11,668 bases of DNA from Candidatus Hodarchaeota archaeon (lineage in GTDB: Archaea; Asgardarchaeota; Heimdallarchaeia; Hodarchaeales; Hodarchaeaceae), in contig JAEOTM010000182.1 in the NCBI GenBank assembly GCA_016839815.1, forward strand, positions 1 to 11,668, in the 5' to 3' direction. Made by a program: the position numbers and the translations under genes. The notes under the pieces were generated by a model. The model did no database searches, was not told where the DNA came from, and saw only the letters and a program-made list of their open reading frames with translations. Numbering within the stretch: the first letter of the stretch is position 1; each line of letters opens with the position of its first letter. Shown here one piece after another: positions 1 to 7,953 of this stretch.

Positions 1-22
1 AAAAACGAAATTTTACTTTCAT
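1..22 (-). CDS. possible 5' end of a divergent gene running off the window (MKVKFRF...)
   Basis: Minus-strand ATG at 22-20, preceded by AAGGATTGACCGACTT and open to the window edge. Only 7 codons are visible, so no product can be assigned. Confidence 0.3.
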
Positions 23-308
23 AAGTCGGTCAATCCTTTGCTACGAAGCTAGTTTGTCGCTTTCAAACGAAGGACTTAGTTGAGAAATTTAAGTATTTTG
101 GAGTTCAGTAAGTAGTTATAATGTGGATATGCTTTTTCTAAAATTTGATCAAGATATATCTGAATAATCTATCATATGTCTTAACTCAAGAATAGGATTT
201 AAAAACCTCATCATCAAATCATGATTACAATTAAGATGAAATTACTGGTTTTACGATTCATCAAGTAGATTAGAAAGGATGATTCAAATACCACGAAGAG
301 GAAACGAA

Positions 309-590
309 ATGTTAAACTCCAAAAGAACACCCATGCTTGCACCACCACGAGCCGACAAAGAGTATGATATAAAAGTTTATACAGAAATTTGTGATGGGTG
401 TGAGTTGTGTGTAGAATTTTGTCCATGTGATGTCTTAGAGATAGACATGGATACGTATAATAGTCGAATGTTGCATCCAGTCAAAGTTATTGCTCTAGAT
501 AAGTGTACAGGATGTAAACAATGCGAACGGTTATGTCCAACGGTATCTATCATGATAATTGAAAAAGAAGTTCCTCAGGAGGATAAATGA
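309..590 (+). CDS. korD: 2x[4Fe-4S] ferredoxin, delta subunit of 2-oxoacid:ferredoxin oxidoreductase
   Basis: Two CxxCxxCxxxCP motifs (CDGCELCVEFCP, CTGCKQCERLCP). ATGA overlap with the alpha subunit at 587-590. Start 309 preferred because GAGG lies upstream; 279 and 333 are alternatives. Confidence 0.88.
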   Translation: MLNSKRTPMLAPPRADKEYDIKVYTEICDGCELCVEFCPCDVLEIDMDTYNSRMLHPVKVIALDKCTGCKQCERLCPTVSIMIIEKEVPQEDK

Positions 591-1753
591 TGGCAACCAC
601 AAGTGATAAATCAAATAAATCAAAACTGATTTTAACAACGGGTAACTATGCTTCAGCTGAGGGTGCAATCGCAGTTGGTTGTCGCTTCTTTGCAGGTTAT
701 CCTATTACTCCATCTTCAGAGATAGCTCATTATATGTCACGACGCTTACCCCAAGTGGGGGGTTCATTTGTCCAAATGGAAGATGAACTTGCATCAATTG
801 TGGCCGTTGTAGGTGCTTCTTATGCAGGTGCAAAGGCGATGACTGCAACTTCTGGACCTGGATTATCTTTGATGGCGGAAACTGTCGGGTTGGGATTTAT
901 GCTTGAAGCCCCTCTAGTTATAGTGACCGTTATGCGTGGTGGCCCGAGTACTGGTCAACCTACTAAAGCCTCACAATCTGATGTAATGCAAACACGATAT
1001 CTATCACATGGAGACTATGAAACAATAGTTCTTGCACCATCTAGTGTACAGGAATGTTATGATTTTTCCATTCGGGCCTTTAATCTAGCAGAAAAATATA
1101 GAACGCCTGTTATTGTTGCATCGGATGGAATAACAGGACAAATGATGGAACCAGTTTCTTATCATTCAAATTTTGAAGTTATTAACAGGAAAGGACCACA
1201 AGTACCTCCAGACAAGTATCAGCCTTTCGAAATTATTGATGATGATCTAATACCTGGAATGGCAACAGCAGGGACAGAATATAATTTCTACGTAACTGGA
1301 CTTACTCACGATGTAACTGGAAGTCCCGATATGACTCCTGAAACAGAAATCGCCCTTGTAAAACGGTTATGTGATAAAATAAGACGCGCTCGTCCCGTTA
1401 TAAATGATTGGGAAGAAATGTACTTAGATGATGCTGAAACAGTGATTCTTTCTTACGGGATAAATGCTCGGGGTAATCCCGAAGCTGTTGAACAAGCTCG
1501 GAAGATGGGTCATAAAGTAGGCTTAGTGAGACTCAAAACATTATGGCCGTTCCCTGATGAACTTATGGAACGACTAGGCAAATTGGGGATTAAGAAAGTC
1601 CTTGTTTCGGAAATGAATTATGGTCAACTCATTCGTGAGGTTGAAAGATTTAGACATCTAGGAATAGAAGTTTCGGGATTGTTAGTCCCTACCACTATAC
1701 CGTTTGCTCCAGGATTCATCTACGAAGCATTAATGAAGGAGGTAAAAAGATGA
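587..1753 (+). CDS. korA: 2-oxoacid (probably 2-oxoglutarate):ferredoxin oxidoreductase alpha subunit, without a fused gamma domain
   Basis: Motifs GNxAxAEGA, FFAGYPITPSSEI, QMEDE, TATSGPG, RGGPSTGQPT and EMNYGQ. 388 aa. SD AGGAGG. Confidence 0.93.
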   Translation: MMATTSDKSNKSKLILTTGNYASAEGAIAVGCRFFAGYPITPSSEIAHYMSRRLPQVGGSFVQMEDELASIVAVVGASYAGAKAMTATSGPGLSLMAETVGLGFMLEAPLVIVTVMRGGPSTGQPTKASQSDVMQTRYLSHGDYETIVLAPSSVQECYDFSIRAFNLAEKYRTPVIVASDGITGQMMEPVSYHSNFEVINRKGPQVPPDKYQPFEIIDDDLIPGMATAGTEYNFYVTGLTHDVTGSPDMTPETEIALVKRLCDKIRRARPVINDWEEMYLDDAETVILSYGINARGNPEAVEQARKMGHKVGLVRLKTLWPFPDELMERLGKLGIKKVLVSEMNYGQLIREVERFRHLGIEVSGLLVPTTIPFAPGFIYEALMKEVKR

Positions 1754-2619
1754 TGACATCAGAGGAAGAATGGGGTACTCCAGAACTTGATTACCCAGAG
1801 GAACATCCTTTACACGGTAGATTAAATCTCAATCGATTTATCTTCTGTGCGGGGTGTTTAATAGGCACTGCAATTACGTCGATTACTACCTGTTTAGTAG
1901 AAAGAGGATTAACTCCGAAAGATTATGCAATAGTATCAGGAATTGGGTGTACAGGAAGAACGAGTGGATGTTTCAAAGCTCCTGCATTTCATGCAACCCA
2001 TGGAAGAGCTATTCCATTTGCTACAGGATTAAAGCTTGCAAATCCAGATCTTGAGGTTTTTGTACTTTCAGGCGACGGTGATTTGTTCGCAATAGGTGGA
2101 AATCACTTTATTCATGCGTGTCGACGCAATATAGAGATTAATGTAATAGCCAACAATAATGGAATATACGGAATGACCGGAGGGCAGTTAGCACCTACTA
2201 CTTCAATAGGTGACCTCACTAGCACTTCCCCTTATGGAAACATTGAGCCTCCTTTCAATCTTGTTTCGCTAGCGGCAGCAGCAGGCGCTTCTTTCGTTGC
2301 ACGTTGGCCAGGTTATGATACTCTTCGATTGAGAGAAAGTATCTTCAAAGCGATGGATAATCCTGGTTTTAGCTTCATCGAGGTTCTCGCTCCTTGTTTC
2401 ACGCAGTATGGACGAAAGAACAAACTTGGTGATGCGGTGAAAATGTTAGAATGGCTTCGTGAGCAGGTAGTAATTGATAAGAATTGTCCTCCTCAAGAAG
2501 CAGAGTATTCTCACGAAAGCAAGAGGATAGTATGTGGGGAATTTGTAAATAATCCACGGGAAGGATTTACACAAAAACTCAAACGACTCAATGAGACAGC
2601 ACAAAGCAGGAGAAAGTAA
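1750..2619 (+). CDS. korB: 2-oxoacid:ferredoxin oxidoreductase beta subunit (TPP-binding)
   Basis: IFCAGC, SGIGC, HGRAIPFATG, TPP motif GDGD...NNGIYGMTGGQ, C-terminal PC cluster ligand. ATGA overlap with korA. SD AAGGAGGT. Confidence 0.93.
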   Translation: MMTSEEEWGTPELDYPEEHPLHGRLNLNRFIFCAGCLIGTAITSITTCLVERGLTPKDYAIVSGIGCTGRTSGCFKAPAFHATHGRAIPFATGLKLANPDLEVFVLSGDGDLFAIGGNHFIHACRRNIEINVIANNNGIYGMTGGQLAPTTSIGDLTSTSPYGNIEPPFNLVSLAAAAGASFVARWPGYDTLRLRESIFKAMDNPGFSFIEVLAPCFTQYGRKNKLGDAVKMLEWLREQVVIDKNCPPQEAEYSHESKRIVCGEFVNNPREGFTQKLKRLNETAQSRRK

Positions 2620-2621
2620 CA

Positions 2622-5012
2622 ATGACAGAAAGCGTAGATCAGACTGAACAAGAAGTGAAAGTAGGAGTTTTTCTATGCAAATGTGGAAAAAACATTGCAG
2701 GGTCAGTTGATATAGATAAAATTGCAGAGGAAATCAAAGATTTACCTAATGTTGAACTGGTTCAGGTTAATACTTATACTTGTTCAGATCCTGGTCAGGT
2801 AGAGATTGAAACAGCGATCAAAGAACAAGGGATTGAAAAAATTGTTGTCTCAGCATGTTCTCCACGATTGCATGGGCCCACATGGAAGAAATTAATGAAA
2901 AGAAGTGGGATGAATCCAGAAGTTGTCGAAGTAGCTAATATTCGAGAACAGTGTTCATGGGTGCATCTTCATGAAAAGGAAGAAGCTACGCTGAAAGCCA
3001 TGGAATTAACTGAAATGGCGGTAGCTAAAGCCGCAATGCTTGAACCAGCTGAAGCAACAGTCGTTCCTGTGGAAAAAAGAGTGTTGATTATCGGTGGTGG
3101 TGTGGCTGGAATACAAGCTGGATTGGATTTAGCAGATGATTACAAGGTTGTCATGGTAGAAAAAAGTCCTACCATTGGTGGGAATATGGCTTTGATAGAT
3201 AAAACTTTTCCCACTATGGATTGTAGTATCTGCATTCTTGGACCTAAAATGGCCGATGTAGGAAACCATGATAATATCTCCTTGATAGCCAATGCTGAAG
3301 TCACTAAGATTTCTGGGTATGTAGGAAATTTCCAGGTAGAAGTAACTAAGCAACCCCAATATGTTGAAGAAGATCTTTGTACAGCGTGTAATGACTGTGT
3401 GGACATCTGTCCAGTAAATGTAATTGATGAATATTCAGGTAATTTAGGATGGAGAAAAGCCATCTATATTCCATATCCTCAGGCGGTACCTGCCAGCTAC
3501 ATCATTGACACTGACAATTGTTTGGGATTAGATGTGCTAGCATGTGGAAAATGCAAGGGTACCTGTGAGAAAGAGGCCATTAATTACGAAGATAATGTGA
3601 AAACTTATAAATATAAAGTTGGAACTATTATTATATCCACTGGATTTGAGATGTTTGATGCTTCGAAAATTCCAGAATATGGATGGGGCCACTATCCAAA
3701 TGTAGTCACCACATTCGAATTTGAACGTTTGATTAACGCTGCGGGTCCAACTTCAGGAGATCTGGTTCGACCTAGCGACCTTAAACGTCCAAAAAGTGTA
3801 GCTTTCATTCAATGTGTTGGATCACGAGATCAACGGTATAATCCATATTGTTCTAATTTCTGTTGTATGGAGAGTATCAAGGATACATTACTAATAAAGG
3901 AACATTGGCCAGATGTAGAGGTTTCTGTATTCTTTATTGACATTCGGGCATTTGGAAAAGGATTCGAGGAACTTTATACACGCTCTCGACGCGAAGGTGT
4001 TAAATATATCCGTGGACGTCCATCACAAGTTCAACAGGTGGGTCCAAGTAATAATTTACTAGTATCTGTTGAGGACACTCGGATTGGGGAATTAATCAAC
4101 CGAGAATATGAGATGGTGGTACTTTCGATTGGTGCTGATGGACCAAGTTCTAATGTTCCTTTCCCTGTAGCCAAAGACACTCATAATTATTATATTGAAT
4201 CACATCCCAAACTTCGCCCTGTAGATACACCAACTGATGGTATATTCATTGCAGGTGGAGCTGAATCACCTAAGGATATTCGTGAGGCAGTTACTCAAGC
4301 AAGTGCCGCTGCTGGACGTGTAACTAGAGTTTTAACTAAAGGTGAATTCTCAGTAGAGCCCTTATACGCCGTTGTCAATCAGGAACTCTGTAACTCATGT
4401 GGCATTTGTGCTACACGATGTCCTTATAATGCAATAACCGTAGACAAGGTGAAAAAGACTCCCGCACACGTCATTCCTGTTTTATGTAAAGGATGTGGGA
4501 CTTGTGCAGCAGATTGTCCTCAAGACGCCATAATGATGACCAATTTCACAGATGCAATGATTTTACGACAGGTAGATATTGCATTACGAGATAATGCAGA
4601 TGAAAAGGTCATGATTTTTGCATGCAATTGGTGTTCTTACGGTGGAGCTGATCTGGCTGGTACCAGTCGAATTCAATATCCCACAAACTCACGCGTCGTC
4701 CGAGTGATGTGTTCTGGGAGAATTGATGTCGATTTTATCAAACGAGCATTTGAGCTTGGAGCAGGATCAGTTATGTTGACAGGTTGTCATCCTCAAGATT
4801 GTCATTATATTTCAGGGAATGATTTCGCCATTAAACGGGAACGAAAGATTCGCCGTTGGATGAAGAAACAGGGAATAGATGATGAACGTTTTCTTATTGA
4901 GTGGATGTCTGCTGCTGAAGGAAAGAAGTTCGCTGATGTAGTTACAAAGATGGCTGGGATTGCTAAGAAAAATCATAAAGCCAAACATGTTTCTGAGAAA
5001 GCAATAGCATAA
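2622..5012 (+). CDS. hdrA: heterodisulfide reductase subunit A-like flavoprotein fused to a C-terminal MvhD/FlpD [2Fe-2S] domain
   Basis: N-domain CKCGKNI/CSDPGQ/ACSP/NIREQCSWVH; FAD motif GGGVAG; DKTFPTMDCSICIL; inserted ferredoxin CTACNDCVDICP; QCVGSRD..YCSNFCCM; C-terminal ferredoxin CNSCGICATRCP/CKGCGTCAADCP; MvhD motifs FACNWCSYGGADLAG, RVMCSGR, GCHPQDCHY (about 4600-5012). Confidence 0.95.
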   Translation: MTESVDQTEQEVKVGVFLCKCGKNIAGSVDIDKIAEEIKDLPNVELVQVNTYTCSDPGQVEIETAIKEQGIEKIVVSACSPRLHGPTWKKLMKRSGMNPEVVEVANIREQCSWVHLHEKEEATLKAMELTEMAVAKAAMLEPAEATVVPVEKRVLIIGGGVAGIQAGLDLADDYKVVMVEKSPTIGGNMALIDKTFPTMDCSICILGPKMADVGNHDNISLIANAEVTKISGYVGNFQVEVTKQPQYVEEDLCTACNDCVDICPVNVIDEYSGNLGWRKAIYIPYPQAVPASYIIDTDNCLGLDVLACGKCKGTCEKEAINYEDNVKTYKYKVGTIIISTGFEMFDASKIPEYGWGHYPNVVTTFEFERLINAAGPTSGDLVRPSDLKRPKSVAFIQCVGSRDQRYNPYCSNFCCMESIKDTLLIKEHWPDVEVSVFFIDIRAFGKGFEELYTRSRREGVKYIRGRPSQVQQVGPSNNLLVSVEDTRIGELINREYEMVVLSIGADGPSSNVPFPVAKDTHNYYIESHPKLRPVDTPTDGIFIAGGAESPKDIREAVTQASAAAGRVTRVLTKGEFSVEPLYAVVNQELCNSCGICATRCPYNAITVDKVKKTPAHVIPVLCKGCGTCAADCPQDAIMMTNFTDAMILRQVDIALRDNADEKVMIFACNWCSYGGADLAGTSRIQYPTNSRVVRVMCSGRIDVDFIKRAFELGAGSVMLTGCHPQDCHYISGNDFAIKRERKIRRWMKKQGIDDERFLIEWMSAAEGKKFADVVTKMAGIAKKNHKAKHVSEKAIA

Positions 5013-5016
5013 TTAA

Positions 5017-5048
5017 GCCTCTCTTTCCCCTTTTTTTTCATCTTTCTC
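5017..5048 (+). terminator. archaeal-type pyrimidine/oligo-T terminator of the kor-hdrA operon
   Basis: CCTCTCTTTCCCCTTTTTTTTCATCTTTCTC directly after the hdrA-mvhD stop codon. Confidence 0.6.
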
Positions 5049-5173
5049 AATGAAATTCTGTTGAAGGATATGAGATTTTTTTTCTTGTAGATTCCTTCAG
5101 TGATAAAATTCAAATAGGTGAAATTCAACCTGAATAAGCTAAGTAATTTTTGGATCAGAAAAGGTGAGAAATT

Positions 5174-5719
5174 ATGAAATTTAAGATTATCTTAGGATTT
5201 TTAATACTAACTGCTTTTAGTTGCCAAATAACTACATCGTTTCCAACTAATGATGCATTTCCATATAAAATAACTTCCACAAATAGTGAAATACCAACTG
5301 GTTTTGAATTAGTAGATACATTTAATGAATCTCTATATGTGTTAGAACAACATTGGAAGACTCCTTCGGATCCAGATGGTTATACAATCTTATCAGTTGA
5401 AGATTATAATACCTCATCTTTAGCAAAAACTACAATGGGTTTTAGCGAATGGTTTGCTGGAGATCCAGTCGAGGTTGAAGGTGCTGATCAAACAATTAAT
5501 GTCTCGTTCTTCGTAAACACAATAATGGCTCGAAAAGGGTCATTTATTGCATCTTGCTCGGATATTTGGAGTAGTGCTGAGGATGTAGTTACCCTTCTAG
5601 AATTACAGATCGCTATTCTTCCAGGCTCTGGTGGAGGTATCTCCGGCTTTACGATCATTTTTTCGATTTTCAGTGTCGGAGCTCTAGTCATTCTCTATAA
5701 GAAAACTAAGAGATATTAA
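5174..5719 (+). CDS. secreted/cell-surface protein with signal peptide and C-terminal xGF-CTERM-like membrane anchor
   Basis: N-terminal MKFK plus hydrophobic stretch. C-terminal Gly linker, ISGF, TM helix and basic tail (KKTKRY). Three N-x-S sequons (NES, NTS, NVS). SD AAGGTGA. Confidence 0.8.
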   Translation: MKFKIILGFLILTAFSCQITTSFPTNDAFPYKITSTNSEIPTGFELVDTFNESLYVLEQHWKTPSDPDGYTILSVEDYNTSSLAKTTMGFSEWFAGDPVEVEGADQTINVSFFVNTIMARKGSFIASCSDIWSSAEDVVTLLELQIAILPGSGGGISGFTIIFSIFSVGALVILYKKTKRY

Positions 5720-5946
5720 GAATAAACAAATGCACCTATTTACTTCCGCTTGAACCAGTGAGCTCGCTTCAGGTTCCTTTATTATCTTATTCAATTTTTA
5801 TTTATTGTAATTTCATCAAAGCTTGAATTCTAAAGCTGGATGGGAAAAAATTAATAAAATTAGAATCAAGATCCTTTCTCGTTTATCTCAAAACTAATAC
5901 TCATTTAATTCTTAATTTAATTTAATTAAACTAAGGGATTTAAAAA

Positions 5947-7878
5947 ATGGTTTCAATAGCAAAAAAAATTCTGCAAGATCATCTTGTTGAAGGGAAATAT
6001 GAAGTCGGAGAAGAAATCGGTATTCGTATTGACCATACCCTGACACAAGATGCCACAGGAACTATGGCCTACCTTCAATTCGAAGCCATGGGTCTGGATA
6101 AGGTTAAAACCGAACTATCTGTCTCGATTGTAGACCATAATACTACTCAATCAGACTTCAAAAACCCCGACGACCATAGATATTTACAATCTGTTGCTGC
6201 GAAATATGGAATCCAATTTTCACGACCTGGGAATGGTATCTGTCATCAAGTCTTTCTGGAGCGTTTTGCAACTCCCTCTAAAACCTTGATTGGGTCTGAT
6301 TCCCACACTCCTACCGCTGGGGGTATGGGAGCTATTGCTATAGGAGCAGGAGGATTGGATGTAGCTGTAGCAATGGGTGGTGGCCCTTTTTATTTAAAAA
6401 CTCCAAAAATTGTTGGTGTAAAATTAACTGGATCGCTACCTGATTATGTAGCTGCAAAAGATGTAATTTTAGAAGTACTCCGTCAAATTAATGTCAAAGG
6501 TGGAGTGGGAAAAATCCTTGAATATTATGGACCAGGTATAAAAACACTCTCAGTACCCGAAAGGGCTACAATAACGAACATGGGTGCCGAAACAGGAGCC
6601 ACGACTTCAATTTTTCCCTCTGATGAAGTAACAAAAGATTTTCTCAAATGGCAGAAACGAGAAGAAGATTGGGTGGAACTTCTACCTGGAGAAGACGACG
6701 ATTACGATGAAATCATCGAGATTGATCTTTCAGGACTTGAACCTCTTGTAGCGAAACCTCATTCCCCAGGGAAGGTTGTCCCACTATCTGAGCTCTATGG
6801 TATGAAAGTAGATCAGGTTGCCATTGGTTCTTGTACAAATAGCTCCCTAAAAGATATGCTTACAGTAGCTGCACTACTAAAAGGTCGAAAGATTCATTCA
6901 GATACAGTCTTAGGTATTTCTCCTGGATCACGACAGGTTCTGATGGAATTAGCCAAGAATGGATCACTAGCTGATGCAATTACTGCAGGAGCACGAATTC
7001 TTGAAAGTGCCTGTGGTCCTTGTATTGGAATGGGTTTTGCTCCAAAAACTGATGCAGTAGTGGTTCGTACATTTAATCGTAACTTCTTCGGACGGACTGG
7101 AACCAAAAGTGCTAATGCGTATCTTGTGAGTCCTGAAGTAGCAGTTGCTGCTGCAGTGTTTGGTGAATTTACAGATCCCACAAAATTAGGAGAATATCCG
7201 AAAGTTGAGATTCCTAAGGAAATAGAGATTGATGATTCAATGATTCTTCAACCTTCTTCCTCACCGACCGATGTGTTAATTGTTCGGGGGCCAAATATAG
7301 CTCCCCTACCAGAATTCCAACCGCTCCAAGATGATTTTGAGTTTAGAGTCCTCATTAAAGCAGAAGATGATGTCACAACTGATCATATCATGCCAGCAGG
7401 CTCCAAAATTCTACCACTTCGATCTAATTTACCAGAAATAAGTAAACATGTCTTTGAGCAGGTAGATGCTACTTTCCCAGAAAGAGCTCTTAAGAGTAAG
7501 GAAGAAGGTGGTGGTATTATTATCGGTGGTGAAAATTATGGTCAAGGATCTAGTCGTGAGCATGCTGCCTTGGCTCCTATGTATCTAGGAATCAAAACCG
7601 TTCTGACTAAATCATTTGCTCGTATACATCGAGATAATCTGGTGAATTTCGGAATACTCCCCTTAACTTTTAAAACTAACGAAGATTATGATCGAATTAG
7701 GAGTGACGATATTCTCGAAATTAAGGGAGCTAGAAAGGCACTTAAAGAGAACTTACCTATTTCTGTTCATAATCGAACTCAAAACTTCGATATAGAAACA
7801 TCCTATGACTTCTCACAACGTGAACGGGAAATTCTGCTTGCAGGTGGAAAGTTGAGTTATACTGTTGCTTCCTCGTAA
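5947..7878 (+). CDS. acn: aconitate hydratase, single-chain ~640 aa Aquifex/archaeal type
   Basis: QDATGT, VDHN, GNGICH, GSDSHT, [4Fe-4S] ligands IGSCTN and ACGPCIGMG, FNRNF, swivel domain TTDHI and NYGQGSSREHA. Confidence 0.92.
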   Translation: MVSIAKKILQDHLVEGKYEVGEEIGIRIDHTLTQDATGTMAYLQFEAMGLDKVKTELSVSIVDHNTTQSDFKNPDDHRYLQSVAAKYGIQFSRPGNGICHQVFLERFATPSKTLIGSDSHTPTAGGMGAIAIGAGGLDVAVAMGGGPFYLKTPKIVGVKLTGSLPDYVAAKDVILEVLRQINVKGGVGKILEYYGPGIKTLSVPERATITNMGAETGATTSIFPSDEVTKDFLKWQKREEDWVELLPGEDDDYDEIIEIDLSGLEPLVAKPHSPGKVVPLSELYGMKVDQVAIGSCTNSSLKDMLTVAALLKGRKIHSDTVLGISPGSRQVLMELAKNGSLADAITAGARILESACGPCIGMGFAPKTDAVVVRTFNRNFFGRTGTKSANAYLVSPEVAVAAAVFGEFTDPTKLGEYPKVEIPKEIEIDDSMILQPSSSPTDVLIVRGPNIAPLPEFQPLQDDFEFRVLIKAEDDVTTDHIMPAGSKILPLRSNLPEISKHVFEQVDATFPERALKSKEEGGGIIIGGENYGQGSSREHAALAPMYLGIKTVLTKSFARIHRDNLVNFGILPLTFKTNEDYDRIRSDDILEIKGARKALKENLPISVHNRTQNFDIETSYDFSQREREILLAGGKLSYTVASS

Positions 7879-7886
7879 AGAGAAGC

Positions 7887-7908
7887 ATCTTTTTCTCCTT
7901 TTTTTCCC
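7887..7908 (+). terminator. oligo-T terminator after aconitase
   Basis: CATCTTTTTCTCCTTTTTTTCC just after the stop codon, similar in composition to the tract after hdrA. Confidence 0.5.
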
Positions 7909-7914
7909 TAAATC

Positions 7915-7922
7915 TTTATATT
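7915..7922 (+). promoter_or_regulatory. candidate TATA box for the zinc-ribbon membrane protein gene
   Basis: TTTATATT about 32-39 nt upstream of ATG 7954, with a GAGG SD in between. Confidence 0.4.
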
Positions 7923-7953
7923 TTAACAATCTAAATAAGGTTGAGGAAAAACT

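Noticed and set aside
214-426. 70-aa minus-strand ORF
   Set aside because: Antisense to the ferredoxin gene and its leader, with no recognisable motif.
1854-2054. 66-aa Cys-rich alternative-frame ORF
   Set aside because: Lies inside korB; an off-frame artefact.
3129-3463. Two minus-strand ORFs (76 and 107 aa)
   Set aside because: Antisense shadows of conserved hdrA sequence.
2622-5012. Selenocysteine recoding or SECIS for HdrA/MvhD, which are selenoproteins in some archaea
   Set aside because: The ORF has no in-frame TGA, the candidate positions (DCSIC, CNWC, GCHPQDC) are Cys codons, and the 3' region is a plain oligo-T tract.
5488-5691. 67-aa minus-strand ORF
   Set aside because: Antisense shadow of the surface protein gene.
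5905-5930. TTAAT repeated four times before the aconitase start
   Set aside because: Low-complexity AT-rich promoter/leader sequence, not distinguishable from chance and not a CRISPR or iteron array.
6894-7181. 95-aa minus-strand ORF
   Set aside because: Antisense shadow of aconitase.
5947-7878. LeuC/LeuD or homoaconitase assignment
   Set aside because: The single-chain 643-aa architecture with QDATGT and FNRNF motifs fits the aconitase group better, though the substrate is untested.
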